DNA of 64,000 nucleotides from Phoronis australis (lineage: Eukaryota; Animalia; Phoronida): positions 1,645,755-1,709,754 of the forward strand of contig NMRA01000001.1 in assembly GCA_002633005.1 (NCBI GenBank). Direction: 5' to 3'. A program made the position numbers and the translations under genes. The notes below the pieces were generated by a model that worked only from the letters and a program-made list of their open reading frames with translations, searched no databases and was not told the DNA's origin. Below are positions 13,201-25,700 of the stretch, one piece after another; positions within the stretch are counted from its first letter, which is position 1, and every line of letters begins with the position of its first letter.

Positions 13201-16200
13201 GTCAACCCTATCCAACATTAATTGTGAAAATGCATTTTTGGTTGTAATAATCCTAATGGTACTTTAAGAGATCAGGCTTAATGTCTACGTTTCTTTAACA
13301 TGTACTGATCAATCAATGTACAAGCTCAGTTATAGTACCTAACCATTCACCTGACATTTACTGCCAAACAAAATGTTAAGCCAGGCTATGATTTCCTCAT
13401 CTCATCTCATCTCTACTTGAACCTACCTTCTATTCTATGTATACCAGCGCGTTCCTCACGAGCTTGCATGGCTAGTCGACGCAGGTTTTCCTCTTTCTCC
13501 TCTTTCTTCTTCTGTGCCATCTTGGCCTCCAGTTGAGCGCGCCGCTCCACAGCATCACGTGCCTAGAAGAACACAGAACACTACAAGACAGGGAATAACT
13601 ATGGGATCATCAATATCATCATCATCATCATCAATCATTGGAGCGGTCACTGTCATCATCACTGACACTGTGTCACTCAGTGGTGAACTCACTGAAAGGT
13701 TGTGGGTCAGGCCTTTATGCAGCATAAGTCCTAGCACTAATCTGGAGGCCCTGGCAAGGACGCCCAATGTATCATTTGGACGCCCACTGTCAATAGGAAC
13801 CTTTCAAGTTTGGACTCACACATTGTAATGAATACTAGGAAGCCTCTGAAGGCTCACAGTGGGGGCTCTTTTTTCAAAGCAGGAAGAAATATACAATGTA
13901 TATACAAAGTATATGCATTGTTGCTATTTCGACACTTGATTGACAGCATTGTAAAAGTCTTGGTCTACGCATTTTTTGAGTAAAAATGCTCACCATAGAA
14001 GGCTGTTTTATAAACTTAGATGTAAAAACCTTGATCTAAAATCTGTGTGTTTGGGGGTATTGCTGGGGGTGGGGGGTTATGCGTCGGAATCATGGACGCC
14101 CTGGAATATTGGGAACCCCATTTTGGACACCCTATTTTCAAAATCCTGGATAAAGGCCTGTTGTGGGTTCTGTCCTTGGTTGCAGTAGCCTCGCATTTGT
14201 GTCCTTTGGTGAGACAATTGCATCTAAGATACAAGTTAGGATAACCCTTACAATGAAAGTAAAGACTTACTTTTCTGTCAGCAATATAGAGAGCCTCGGC
14301 CAACTTGGCAAAATTCTCATTGATGTGGACTCCTTGAAGTCCTCGTCCATCGGCAGCCAGACGTTTGTCGAGAGGAATGGTGTAACCCTGGGACAAAAAA
14401 GACCACATTACACATATGTATTGCCAAGTCATTCAACTTCTGCCAAGACATGACTACAGTTTTGCACGTTACGATAATTCTGAATCAAACTATGGAGCTA
14501 CTGATAAACAGACTAAGCATGCAAAAAATGATGAAATTAATCACACAGTTTATAATCAATGTTGTTTTGTGCTATCTCAAGATAATAATTAACACACTCT
14601 TAACAACTAAATGGCTGATACAGCATTAAGTCAAAAAGATGGTATTCATTGCGTTTCGACTAACGCAAGATGGATGTTAGTCAGATAGTTGAATATCAAG
14701 ATTTGTATGCTTCGCTATGGTTGTACAAAATTGAAGATGCTCTTTACATGAATGGAGACACACTTAAGCATCTTGACAAGATGTTAAAACAGACGTTATC
14801 AAAATTGGACATTTAAGTCAAGAGAGAACTTTACCTTGGCGTTCTTCCAATTTGAAATACATGGGGGTATCTTCCACTCCTGTTGTTCCTTCACTGTCAC
14901 CTGCAACCAAAATTAAGGATCATAGTAATCAAAATTAATATTGAATAACACACACAAGTTAATATTTTGTAGAAATAAACTATAAGCATTTTGTAGACCA
15001 GAATCACCACTTTACAAATTAGTCACTGAATGCTACTTATATAGGTGATTTCAAATCATTCATGCTAAAATGTAAATACATTATTTGCATTTCAACTTCT
15101 TATTGGCCAAAATAGACAAATATAGTCACCTTTCTGTTGGGAGAGTGCATTACTGGTGCAGGTGGGGATGGAGGTCCTCGAGGGATCTTCTTATTTGTTC
15201 TGAAAACAGAATGAAACACTAGCACAAGAAAGTCTAGACTGTGATCTGAACAGCCAAAAAACAACTGCAATCCTCTGCCACATTTTATAAATATCAAAGG
15301 AGAGAAAGCAGTGACAGAAACACGCATAAGACATCTGAAGAGCATTAAGAGATACTAGATAATTTTTGTAGACAGGCTTTCATTTATAATGCCACATACC
15401 GTGGCTTATCATTGTAAACCTAATAGCCATTTACTTTGTGAGGTATACTCAACCCATTACACATTCAGTTAAACGGAGTAATGGCACAGAGGTCAAATCT
15501 TACTTGAACTTTGGTGGATCCATTGGATCTTTCTGTACCTCAACCATTCGAATTACCCGCTGCTTGGCCCCAGAGTTGAAGGCTATGCCTTGCTGTGACG
15601 GTGTGTACCTGGGACACAACAAAGACATTAATTATACAGTTGACTGAACTCACCTGCACTGAAAAACGCAGTAATTATACTTATTTTCCAACATTTCAAG
15701 GGTGTTTATCACATAGTAGCATTTCTAGTCAAGCATAGTCAAGAGATGGATTTGTGGAAAGCAGAAAGTGGCTTAAGAAAATTCCGCTCTGCAAAACGTG
15801 GTGGCCTCTCAACAATAATTGCAGCAACTACAGAGCACATCTAATATAGGCCCGTTGGTATGTTACTTGCTGACAAGGAGATCTCGTGAACTGTGCAGAG
15901 TAAAACAGTTCACGACGCGAGTATTTTGCAATCTGACTGTGAGACACAGCTTTGCACTGTGATCAACAAGAAAGAGTGAGCAGTGCAGTTTAATAAGTCA
16001 CACCCTCACATGTTTGGATAAACCCAAGAAAACAACATTGGCTTATCTCTCAACTTTTCAGTCTACCATGACAACTTGTCCACCTATGCCTCACCTGATG
16101 TACTGAGCTGGTGCTTGTTTCTCTGCAGCTCTGACTGGCATGGCAGCCGAGATCTTACCCTGCACTAGCTTCTCTAGGGCTGCACGGGTTTTGTCAGTGG

Positions 16201-19200
16201 TCTGGAACAAATAGTGCATAGCTTTCACACACACACAAATGATGAGCATTTCCATAAAACTATCAAGCCCCTTGGACACTGACAAGAAAATCATATTCAC
16301 ACTTCTTATTTACATTAATTCATAATGGTACCACAAGTGCACAGTGAAAAAAGCTTAAATGACAAATGCTTTTTATTTTTGAAGGAGTTGTTATGGAGTC
16401 GTTATGTTACGAAAGACATGTTTTGATGTGTTCACGCATGGCTTTAAATGTGAGTCAATGCTTTGGGCATTTCAAACTATGCTAATGAGCATGGCCACGG
16501 TCATTAACTCAGAGACAATTCAACAACAACAACGGTAACAATCACTGAGAGAAGGCGAGACCCAAGACTTACTTCCATGATCTGTTCGTCATCTGGTCTT
16601 TGAAGCTCTTCCTCATCTTCCATGGGTTTGGCAACAAGATCTTGGAATTTAGAGTGGATCACCTGTGACAAAAGCGTATAGAAGGCACTTAAAATATACA
16701 CCCAATAACTTTGTTGACAGGCAGGAGGAACACCGATAGAACGGTACTGCCATCGATATGGTAGACAGACCACGTGTATGAGGTGAAGTGTAAATTCAAA
16801 GTCTACTTTCAAAGTCTGTGGGAAGTTATTACTGTAACCACAATGAGCAAACAGAGCAATAACAGTGTCCACAAATAGTTAGGAACACAGCGTATTACAA
16901 CTATAAAAGATCAAGAATAACCAGAGAAAAATTTCTAAGGCAAATTGTGTGAAAACAATCCCGCAAAAGCAATGGCCTGTTAAGCTAAGTCACATCCCAC
17001 CTTGTCCTTTCCGTGACCCTGTCTGGCTATGGCATCATATTTGATTTTGCCTTCAGCATCTAGTTGTACAGCCAATGAATTTGACTTGGCCTTCTTCTGA
17101 CCCATGCCTAAAGGGTACTGGGCAATGTGGATCTCTGGAAACGCACCGCCATCACCAAAGTCCTAAGGGTAAACAAGACCTGGTTATTAGAATAGCAAAT
17201 TAACAGGCCTTAATAACGTAAATAAAATATGATTAAAAATGGAACAGTGAGTTAGGCAAATATAAACGGTGACTAAATTACCAAATGTTAGATACAACAA
17301 ATCCTTTTACACACAAAAGAACACACCATAATATCTACTTTTTGTCTTTTTGTGACACAAAAGTTGAAACTCAACTTCTACCAAATCGCCAAAGAAAAAG
17401 GAAACGCTTAGCTGAAACATTTCATGCACTTTCAACTAATACAACACAGCAATTAGTATAGGAATGGTGGCTCTTTGGCATCCTCCACTATTATTGTAGA
17501 AGATCCTTGTTAAAGTCACACATGGCATCATATTTATAATTTAGGTTTTTAGTACCAAGAACTGTTTCTAATTTTACACTGTTACATTACAGGACTGACT
17601 CTAGTCTCAACTTGGTGATTTGTATGCCTTGCTAGGAATTTAAAGCATGAGCTTACCTCTTGTGACCTAGGCACCCAACCTTTCCTCTGGCCATACGGTG
17701 GTATAGACTTACGCGTCGCTACAATCTGGAAAATTACCAAAACACAAATGTCATGACAACCACAGACACAGAAACATACTTTCCTTGGCATGGCAGATAC
17801 TGATGAGCACTGACTTCCACCAGAAAACACCTGACAGAATATAGCGCAATTGGCAACTGGAAATTTCAAATAGTACTGAACCATAATAAAAACATATAAA
17901 CCGTACTCACAGCAAAAAAAAATTAAAGGAATCACTGACAGCCTTTAGATAGTGATCCCCATCTTGTTCACTCTGAGAATGTCCACTAGGTGTCGTGGGA
18001 CCAGGGTTAAAGCATGAGTACGGTTTTTACACTTTTATTGTGTTTCAACCACAGCCAATTAGCTTTCATCAATGTACTAAAATATCTCGTGTTCAAACAC
18101 CACGTAACCTCACTTCCCCTTCGACATTACGAGCAGCAGGCCGCATTTGCGACCTGAAAATTGAAAATGTGAGCCAAGGTGTTGGCCAACTCACATTAGT
18201 CGCATGTGCGGGACGCGGGAATTCCAACTGATGCGAGCTGAGTCTTTTACACTTCCCTCTATAACCAATATAACTGTTTCTGTTGATTAGCACAGACAGA
18301 TTTTGGCAACATGGCTCACTGGGTGACTTTGATGAACACGTCTGTATTTTAGTCCAAAAAGAACCTAAAGTTCTACGTAATCAATATAAAAATAAAAGTA
18401 AAAATCTGCTGTCTGGTTTTCCACCATTCAAGCTTTAGTGGCAGCTTGCTTGAACCCGACATAAGTGAGTACTGTACTCAGACCAAGCTTGCTCGAGCTC
18501 AGTGGCATGTCACCTTATTTCACATTTTTGTCAAATTTTGAATTTCCTTACTTTCTAAATAACCACTGTTTGTTAGCTTGAAAAAGATTAGTGATGAGTT
18601 AAGAAAGATAAATCAGGCTTCTTAAAACTCTAGCATAAGTTTTTTTGAGCCAGTCAGCTTTTTCAAGCTGGAACCTGTGCAACCAGATTTCTAGAAATGC
18701 GACCTGGGATTTTTGCCAGGTCGCAAACTGTTAAGGACAATTTAAGCTTGATGAATTTAGTGTTGTATATACAGTGCAGTTATGATTGCATGTTACTTCT
18801 GCTACGAGTACATATACGTAGCTTACCTGTCTCTGGGCCAGTTGAGCCCGTCTATACCTGTCGTCATCATCTCTGTCGTAGCTGCTCTGTGTTGGAGTGG
18901 GTAGAATACTGAAAACACAATGCCAAATCATAAATTTGTAGAAATTAAAGAATATTCTCATTTTTTTATCACTTTGGAAATGATATTAACCCGGAATGTG
19001 TTCATTAACACTATTTAAGCATTCCTCGTGTCCTGTTTTAAAGTGTCACCATGCTTGCTGAACCAGCAACAAGTTTCCATGAATTGTAACTTCTTTGAAA
19101 AAACAGTCAACAGTTTGGAAAAAAAGAGATGTCGTTGCAACGGTATAGCTTTTTTAACATAAGCTTAAAAACAACAGGCAACAGCCCATTGAAACTAGTA

Positions 19201-20648
19201 AATTAAAGCCAAGTGACTAGTAGTTGTCAGAAGCCACATAGCTATCCAAAATGCTGGGATCATTGCTTGTTAACACGAATGTCGTGCCTTGCAACTATTG
19301 GGGTGTTCTGAAAGGCAAAACAAGGCTCACAGGGGTTTTGAGTCACGGTGAATGTAGCTAACAAAACTTTTTATATTAGTACATTCATTCACCCAGAAAT
19401 CATGATCAGATGTGACTGGGGATGGGTAGCCCCAACTTAACACCCTTAAAATATCAGTAATATGAAAATTATTACAACAAAAGACGTAAAAATTTAGAAA
19501 ACCAGAAAAAGACAATTAGAAAATTGAGTGTATTATAAATGTACTATCACTAGAAGAAACAAAGAAAATGGAGAAAATAGAGTACTGACAACCAATAAGA
19601 TTCGTCCTTGGCTTTGTTGATCTTTCAAATGCTGATGCTACTGATCAGAAGTACCAAGAACTTCTAGAAGCAATAGTGTAGGTATATTAGGTAACGAGGC
19701 TAGTAAATCTACAATTGATGTAGAGCAGGGCCCTCATGCCTCTTATTTGGGGCACATGAGAAATACTTTAAAACCAAGCAAAATTTCCCTCATAAGGCCC
19801 AAAGGTTCCCTTCCTATAATTAAATCAACCCCCTCAAGATTAGAATCACTTCTTCAAACGTTAGCTTGGCCACTTGAGGCGGAGAATTTTCTCCTCAACC
19901 AAAAATTCCTATCTCAGAGAAGGCGCAGGTACCTTTCCCTTGTCTTATCATGGTGAGCGACAGCCTAGAAGTGAAGCTGTTAAAAGTCCATTTGCACTAC
20001 AAAGAATGTCAGGTGTTACACGTTTCCGGCACATTTGTTAAGGTCCACGTGCATCCGACACATTTGGGTTTTCAACTGTAGAGAACACTTTAGTTTGCCT
20101 GCTTGTCAAGCTCGGACTCTAAGTCCCCATAAGAAGTCGCCATGAATTGCAAGGAGAGCAAGTGAATTGTAACAGCCTTCACGTGCAAATGAAGGGCGTC
20201 ACTCAAATCATTATTGAACGAGTGGTAAAAGCCGAGAAAATGGGTCCCTCTTGTAATTGGGGTTTCTGAACTAAATCGTAATCTGGAACAACAGGAGTCA
20301 TGAATGTAAATAAAGACTTTGAACCATGTATCCTGGGCCCAATTAATTCCTCATTTAGACTTTTTGCCCATTTATTGAACAACTTGGGTTACTTGGGTAT
20401 CTAAGTAAAGTACTACACTATCCCGACATCTATCGGACAAGGAACGAAAACAATTGTACAAACAAGTGAAAAACTTCAAATCAGTAGCCGTCTTAATAAT
20501 CGACCTATTTACCGCACTTGAAAAACATATCAGGTTACTGAAGATTCACAGTTACCAAAGGCATAAAATACACAAAACTGTACTTATCTTCTATAAGTTA
20601 AAAGGAGAAAATTCACAGCAAAAAGAGCACTCACCTAGACAGCGCCAT
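10225..20648 (-). CDS. SNW1: SNW domain-containing protein 1 (SKIP/Prp45/Bx42), 532 aa, 14 coding exons
   Basis: Exons 20648-20635, 18908-18827, 17725-17657, 17162-17001, 16662-16573, 16201-16095, 15608-15504, 15199-15130, 14900-14835, 14387-14271, 13562-13427, 12523-12306, 11702-11539 and 10423-10225 are all GT-AG and total 1599 nt in frame. Diagnostic peptides: [64 protein letters not shown], DPFGL. Confidence 0.97.
11187..11380 (+). repeat. Dispersed intronic repeat family (copy 1; others at ~24226-24405 and ~25870-26075 inverted)
   Basis: ATGACCCAGAATTCCCTGTCATAATG...TTAGTAAGAAGGTTAAGCCACTTTGTAATT...CTGTTAACAGAA matches the reverse complement of 25870-26075 and, more loosely, 24226-24405. 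Confidence 0.7.
13708..14160. mobile_element. hAT-type non-autonomous transposon (MITE) in SNW1 intron
   Basis: TIRs CAGGCCTTTAT(G/C)CAG(C/G)AT at both ends; perfect 8-bp TSD TTGTGGGT at 13700-13707 and 14161-14168. Confidence 0.9.
18002..18750. mobile_element. Degenerate hAT-like MITE, possibly with a nested insert
   Basis: Starts CAGGGTTAAAG and ends TTTAAGCTTG; repeated internal TGCGACCTG/CAGGTCGCA motifs near both ends; no clear TSD. Confidence 0.35.
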
Positions 20649-21000
20649 TGTGTGTTATCGATGTTTCACATTTGTCCGAGAAACATTATAATTTATTTTA
20701 TGTAAAATTATTATATTATTTTCAATGAATTCAAGTGCTTTTTATTCATTTTAGGGCAATTTATTGTTGTTTTTTAAATAAATTAAAATAATAAGATTAT
20801 AGTTGTCCAGGTGGCGCTGACAGTCACAACATGTCTGCCTCCATGGACGAGTAGCTAACATTACATCACAGATTATTTCTGTGATCCATGGTTATATAAA
20901 CTTCTGAAAGTTTACTTATAGGGCCGCCTATACATGTTGTGCGTTTACTGATGTTATTTTGGTCCTCAAATCTGTTGTAAGGTAATAAAATTCGAATTGT
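20649..21000. promoter_or_regulatory. Probable bidirectional promoter region of SNW1 and ADCK1
   Basis: SNW1 ATG at 20648(-) and ADCK1 ATG at 22758(+) diverge. The ADCK1 ATG exon has a pyrimidine tract and AG just upstream, implying a 5'UTR exon nearer SNW1. CTCF-like TCCAGGTGGCGCTG at ~20806. Confidence 0.5.
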
Positions 21001-21551
21001 GTATAGCTTTGATCTGAATTTTAATAATGCTGCAGAAAGTGTAGAGTAGTAAATACCTAACTTTGGTTTGTCTTATCTTGTTATATATTATATAGGTGAC
21101 CCTCGGTGTATACCATGTTAATCTTAGGGCTGGCTGTCGAATGGCGCCCATACATCAGCACATGTATCAGCTGACAGTAATGGGCCGCTGAATATTAATG
21201 TCGCCCTGTTATTTTCCTACACCTGCATATGGGTTGGGACGGCAAATGTTGACAGTCTCTAAGATGTACGACTCTGGTCTTTTGATCCTGACAGAGGGCA
21301 CACGTACAAAAGAAGGCCAGCGCAGCACTGAGACTGATCGAGCTCCGTCTCACTGACTACAGTACAATACTCATTGTACACTGTCACTGAAATTGAATTG
21401 ACTAAAAGTGGTGACTGAATGTGAATATAGAACAAGGTACAGCACTAGTCTGTATCACTGGGAATACTTAAATTTCGAATTTGGATGAGGAAAAAATACT
21501 TTTCAATTCATTAGTTGATATTTGTCTTTATTCCACACCTGCATCAAAGTT

Positions 21552-22223
21552 GGGTTACCTATGCCACTACTCTGGAGGTTCACTATTCCGAAGGTTCACT
21601 ACTTTGAAGGTTCACTATACTCCTAAGGTTCATTATTCTGAATGTTCACTTCTCTGAACTGCTCTGCAAAAGTTGAACTGACATGCATAAAGTATTGTAT
21701 TTGTGTTAATTTAATGATGATTGGCAGCGACGTGATAGCCTACTTCATGTAGTTTCAACCTGTCTGTGCATGGTTCTAATGTGGTGGTAGCTGTTCTCTC
21801 AGCTCTGTGGTTCGAGACAGATACTGAATTGATGACTTACCTAGTGCGGTGGATTAGGCTGATGTACAGCGGTTAAACTTGTTAGTCGTGCTATGAAATG
21901 TTGCGTTTGGGACACAGATTTGGTAAATGTATCGTGGCTCATAATTCAGTAGTATTCAATGCATGTACGCTCTCATTTTTCCATAATTATAAGTCATGCT
22001 CTGAAACTGAATTTCGCATGCGCAGGAAACCCAAACAAAGTGCATTAGTACCCGGTTGCTAGGTCCTGGTTAGTAGGTATTCCACTGCGTCTAATAACCT
22101 AATGGTCATGTAGGTTTGGTAAAAATATAAAAATTATACTTCAGTACGAAATGCTATAGAGTAGTAAACCTTCAGAACAATGACCCTTGGAATTATGAAA
22201 CTTTGGAATAGTAGGCTGTTCCC
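21552..22223. mobile_element. Unclassified MITE with inverted arrays of ~17-bp subterminal repeats
   Basis: Left AGGTTCACTATTCCGA-type units x5 (21575-21660); right inverted units such as GGAATTATGAAACTTTGGAATAGTAGG (22160-22215); GGG...CCC termini. Confidence 0.65.
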
Positions 22224-22757
22224 ACTGTACTGGCTAATGCACTGAATACTGCTGAAGACCGTGGTAGGTTCAGTTAATTTCTTTATATTCTTCCTGGGTA
22301 ACTTGTCAACAGAGGCAGAGATAATTTTGGAGTGAAAATATATTCAGCAAAATCAACCTTGTCTATAAAATTGTCTTTTTTCATTGTTGTTCTTTGATCT
22401 ATAAATAATATTCCATTTTCCACCATATGCTGTTCTAAACTGAAATGTTAATATACCAGAGATTTCAGTAAAAAATCAACATTTGGGCCTTTAAGTAATT
22501 TTTGTTAAAACTGGCTATTCAATTGGGAATATTTTGTCAGTTGCGCTTTTCTTACATAGTGGTGGAAAGTTGTTCCTACATCCTACATTCATGGATCACA
22601 TAAAATATAAACTTGACCGAAGTATGAACGTGTAGAGCAGGTTCGTTATTGTATTAATTTCCACATTCATCTACTTTCCATTGACAGAACTCTATTTTTA
22701 AAAAATTTACTGATTATTATATCCATTGTTCTTTTTCTAATTTCATGGAGTAGAGAA

Positions 22758-25700
22758 ATGACTGTATTACGTCAACTGGGGCGAATAGTGAAATATGGCA
22801 GTGTGTTTACTGGAGGAGCCATTACTGTGGGTCTTCTGCATAATAACGATTGGGACTTATCGTCATTTGGTGTTGTGAGGTCGGGAAGAGCTCTGTATAC
22901 TGTGAGTAACCATGGTAACATAATTAACAACACTATATGAGGTGTGTCTTGGCAGTTGCTTGTTCTTCAATTACTTTTTCCCAAAAATTAGATTCTTGGT
23001 TTGTAAATGTGTAACCAAATTTGATTTCTTCAAAATTCCGAATGAAATGTAAAATTGAGGCCAACAGGATTGAGTATTTTTAGTGCTCCTGTAGTGTTTT
23101 TCTATTTCGTTTACTGTCTACTTCACTATCAAAGCAAAGGATCTGTTCCATCAAGAAGACGTGGTAATGTCTTCATGGTTCCATCCTTGTTTGTACTCTA
23201 AATGCAAAATGGTTGGGTCATAAAACATCATAATTGGTTCTGTTCTGTGTTTTTAAGTTGATGCGGTGATGGGATACTTAATTCAATTGTTTGTAGTTTC
23301 AAAACGAAAAATTCACCTACTGCCTGCTGAAATGTGTGGGGATCGTTTTACTTTTTTAACACCGGCACTAACTGTTGCCAGCTTTGGGTTTCAAAATGAG
23401 TTGGGCGCCACTGTTTTTTTGCCCTAAATGCCCTATTAGAACAAGTATGCCCTCAAGATTTAAAGATTGCAAATCAATTACAGTGTTTTATCTGTCACAA
23501 AATTCATTCCCCATTACACAAAGAAAACCCCACCTCAAGGATTTACTTCTTTTTACATACCTGAAAACCTGTTCTATTGTGGGCACTGTGGTAAGAATTG
23601 CAGATTGTAGATGTAGCTCCAATATGACATAATGCTTTAATATTGTGTTTGGTAAGGCCTATAGCTCTTGTTTGTTTTTCATTGCAGATTTCACAGTGTG
23701 TGGTAGATTACAAAATCTCATTGCGGAATTTAGATCCTACATCCACAGAGTATAAAGAAAAGATTTCAAAGGTGAGTTTCGTAAAAGTGAGTAGAAACCC
23801 GTTATGTATGGTGAACTTTCGCAAGATGTGAGTCTGAAGTTTTGTACTACGGTAAAATGTCAGGAATTTCGAACAAAAGCAGTTGCCAAAATTGATCTTT
23901 TTTCATTGTTCCAAAGCTACTTGTATTGGTGTGAATGCCCACATTCTTGTAAAGTATAGTTTGATGGTAATTTCGATAATGAACCTGAAAATGATCAAGC
24001 ATTTATTGAGCCCTACTTGTCTTTTTAGAAGGAAATGATTTCACTTGTCGGCCATGTTTTCTCCTACATTGATATGATTTTAGTGTAATCTTTTCATAGC
24101 TCTGGGAATGTTATGTGCATGAGACTGGACTCAAATGTATAGCAGTGAAATAATTTATACACATTTCACAGTTTTCTGGAAAATCTTGCTAATGTACAGT
24201 ACACGACAAAAGCAGTTATACAAAATTACCCAGAGTGGTTTTCTATTGTGTCCCACAATGAAGGAGAGCAAACAGGAAAGTTAGTAAGGTAGATAAGTCG
24301 TTCTGTAATGACAATTTTCCTTCTGTAATAGTTATTACCAGTCATTCTTGCTTTAACCGGATTAACCATCATGATGGGGAAATGGCATTTTTTCTGATTA
24401 CTATAGTCTTGCACTGTAGACAGCTGGGGCCTTTCACAGTGCATGCTTGGGCTGCATCCGTCCAGGCCCATTGTACTGATCGTCTGATTATCACTCGTTG
24501 AGACATCTCACCATGAGTACCTCTAGGGTGAAGTCTTCCAATCTCTCTGTTGGATGATTGGATGGACTTAGTTTTCCAAGTAAAACATTGTGGAACATTA
24601 ATTTTGTGGTGGAACATATGCGTGTTGCGGTATAAAAATTTTGATTGTGCCAGTTTTAAATTGGTTGGTTTAGGACAAGCTGTACCAAATTGAAGATTGT
24701 TTACTGTAATCTTCATGCTCATTAAAATATAAGCATGAAATGTTATTCTTAGAAGACCTGATAGGTCATGAGTATACTGCATTGTTCACTTCACAGATTC
24801 ACACACGTTCTGCTGAGAGGCTACGAGACCTGTGCTGCAAAAATGGTGGCTGCTATATCAAAGTTGGACAACATATCGGTGCACTAGAATACCTACTCCC
24901 TATTGAATATGTGAAGACTTTGTCTGTCCTACATAGCCAGGCTCCATCTTCCCCGATTGAAGACTTGTACAGAGTAATGGAGGACGATCTTGGAAAACCG
25001 GTACGTCACGAGACATGTTTACTCATGGTTTGTCCCAAGTAATCAGGTACCACTGAAGACTTCTACAGGGTGATCAAAGAAGATTTTTTAAAGCCAGTAG
25101 GTCATGAAACTTGCTAACTAAGGTATATCAGCACAATGTCTTCCCCATGTGGTTGGCCCCGTTGTCCCCCTATTGAAGGCTTGTACAGAACGAAGGAGGG
25201 AAGTCTTAGGAAACAAATGAGAAACTTTGAGAATTCAGTGCTTGATTTTGTTGATGCATCAAAAATGACACCAGGCCACCTGTACTCTTTTTTTGATGTC
25301 TGTTATGAAGCTACTTTAAGTGGAAATTGGTTTTACAGGTTTCTGAGATTTTCTCCGAGTTTGATCCTGAACCGCTTGGTGCTGCGTCTCTTGCTCAGGT
25401 TCATAAGGCTAAACTGAAACAAGATGGCCGCGTGGTAGCAGTCAAGGTGCAGCATCGCCGAGTGCGACAACATTCCGCTGTAGACATGACTAGTATGGAG
25501 GTGAGCTCTATGGGAAGAGAGTTTAAGTAAATGAATCAAGAGTTACGCACAGCGTTTATGCTGATTAATTGTTTACGTTAACATGATGAATATGAAAATT
25601 TTGTTGTGAACTTAATACTCTTGAATTATTTTAATTTAAGTTGGAAAAGAAACATTTAAAGGCATCATTACCTTTTTGAAGGTGTTTCTGCTCATTTTAG

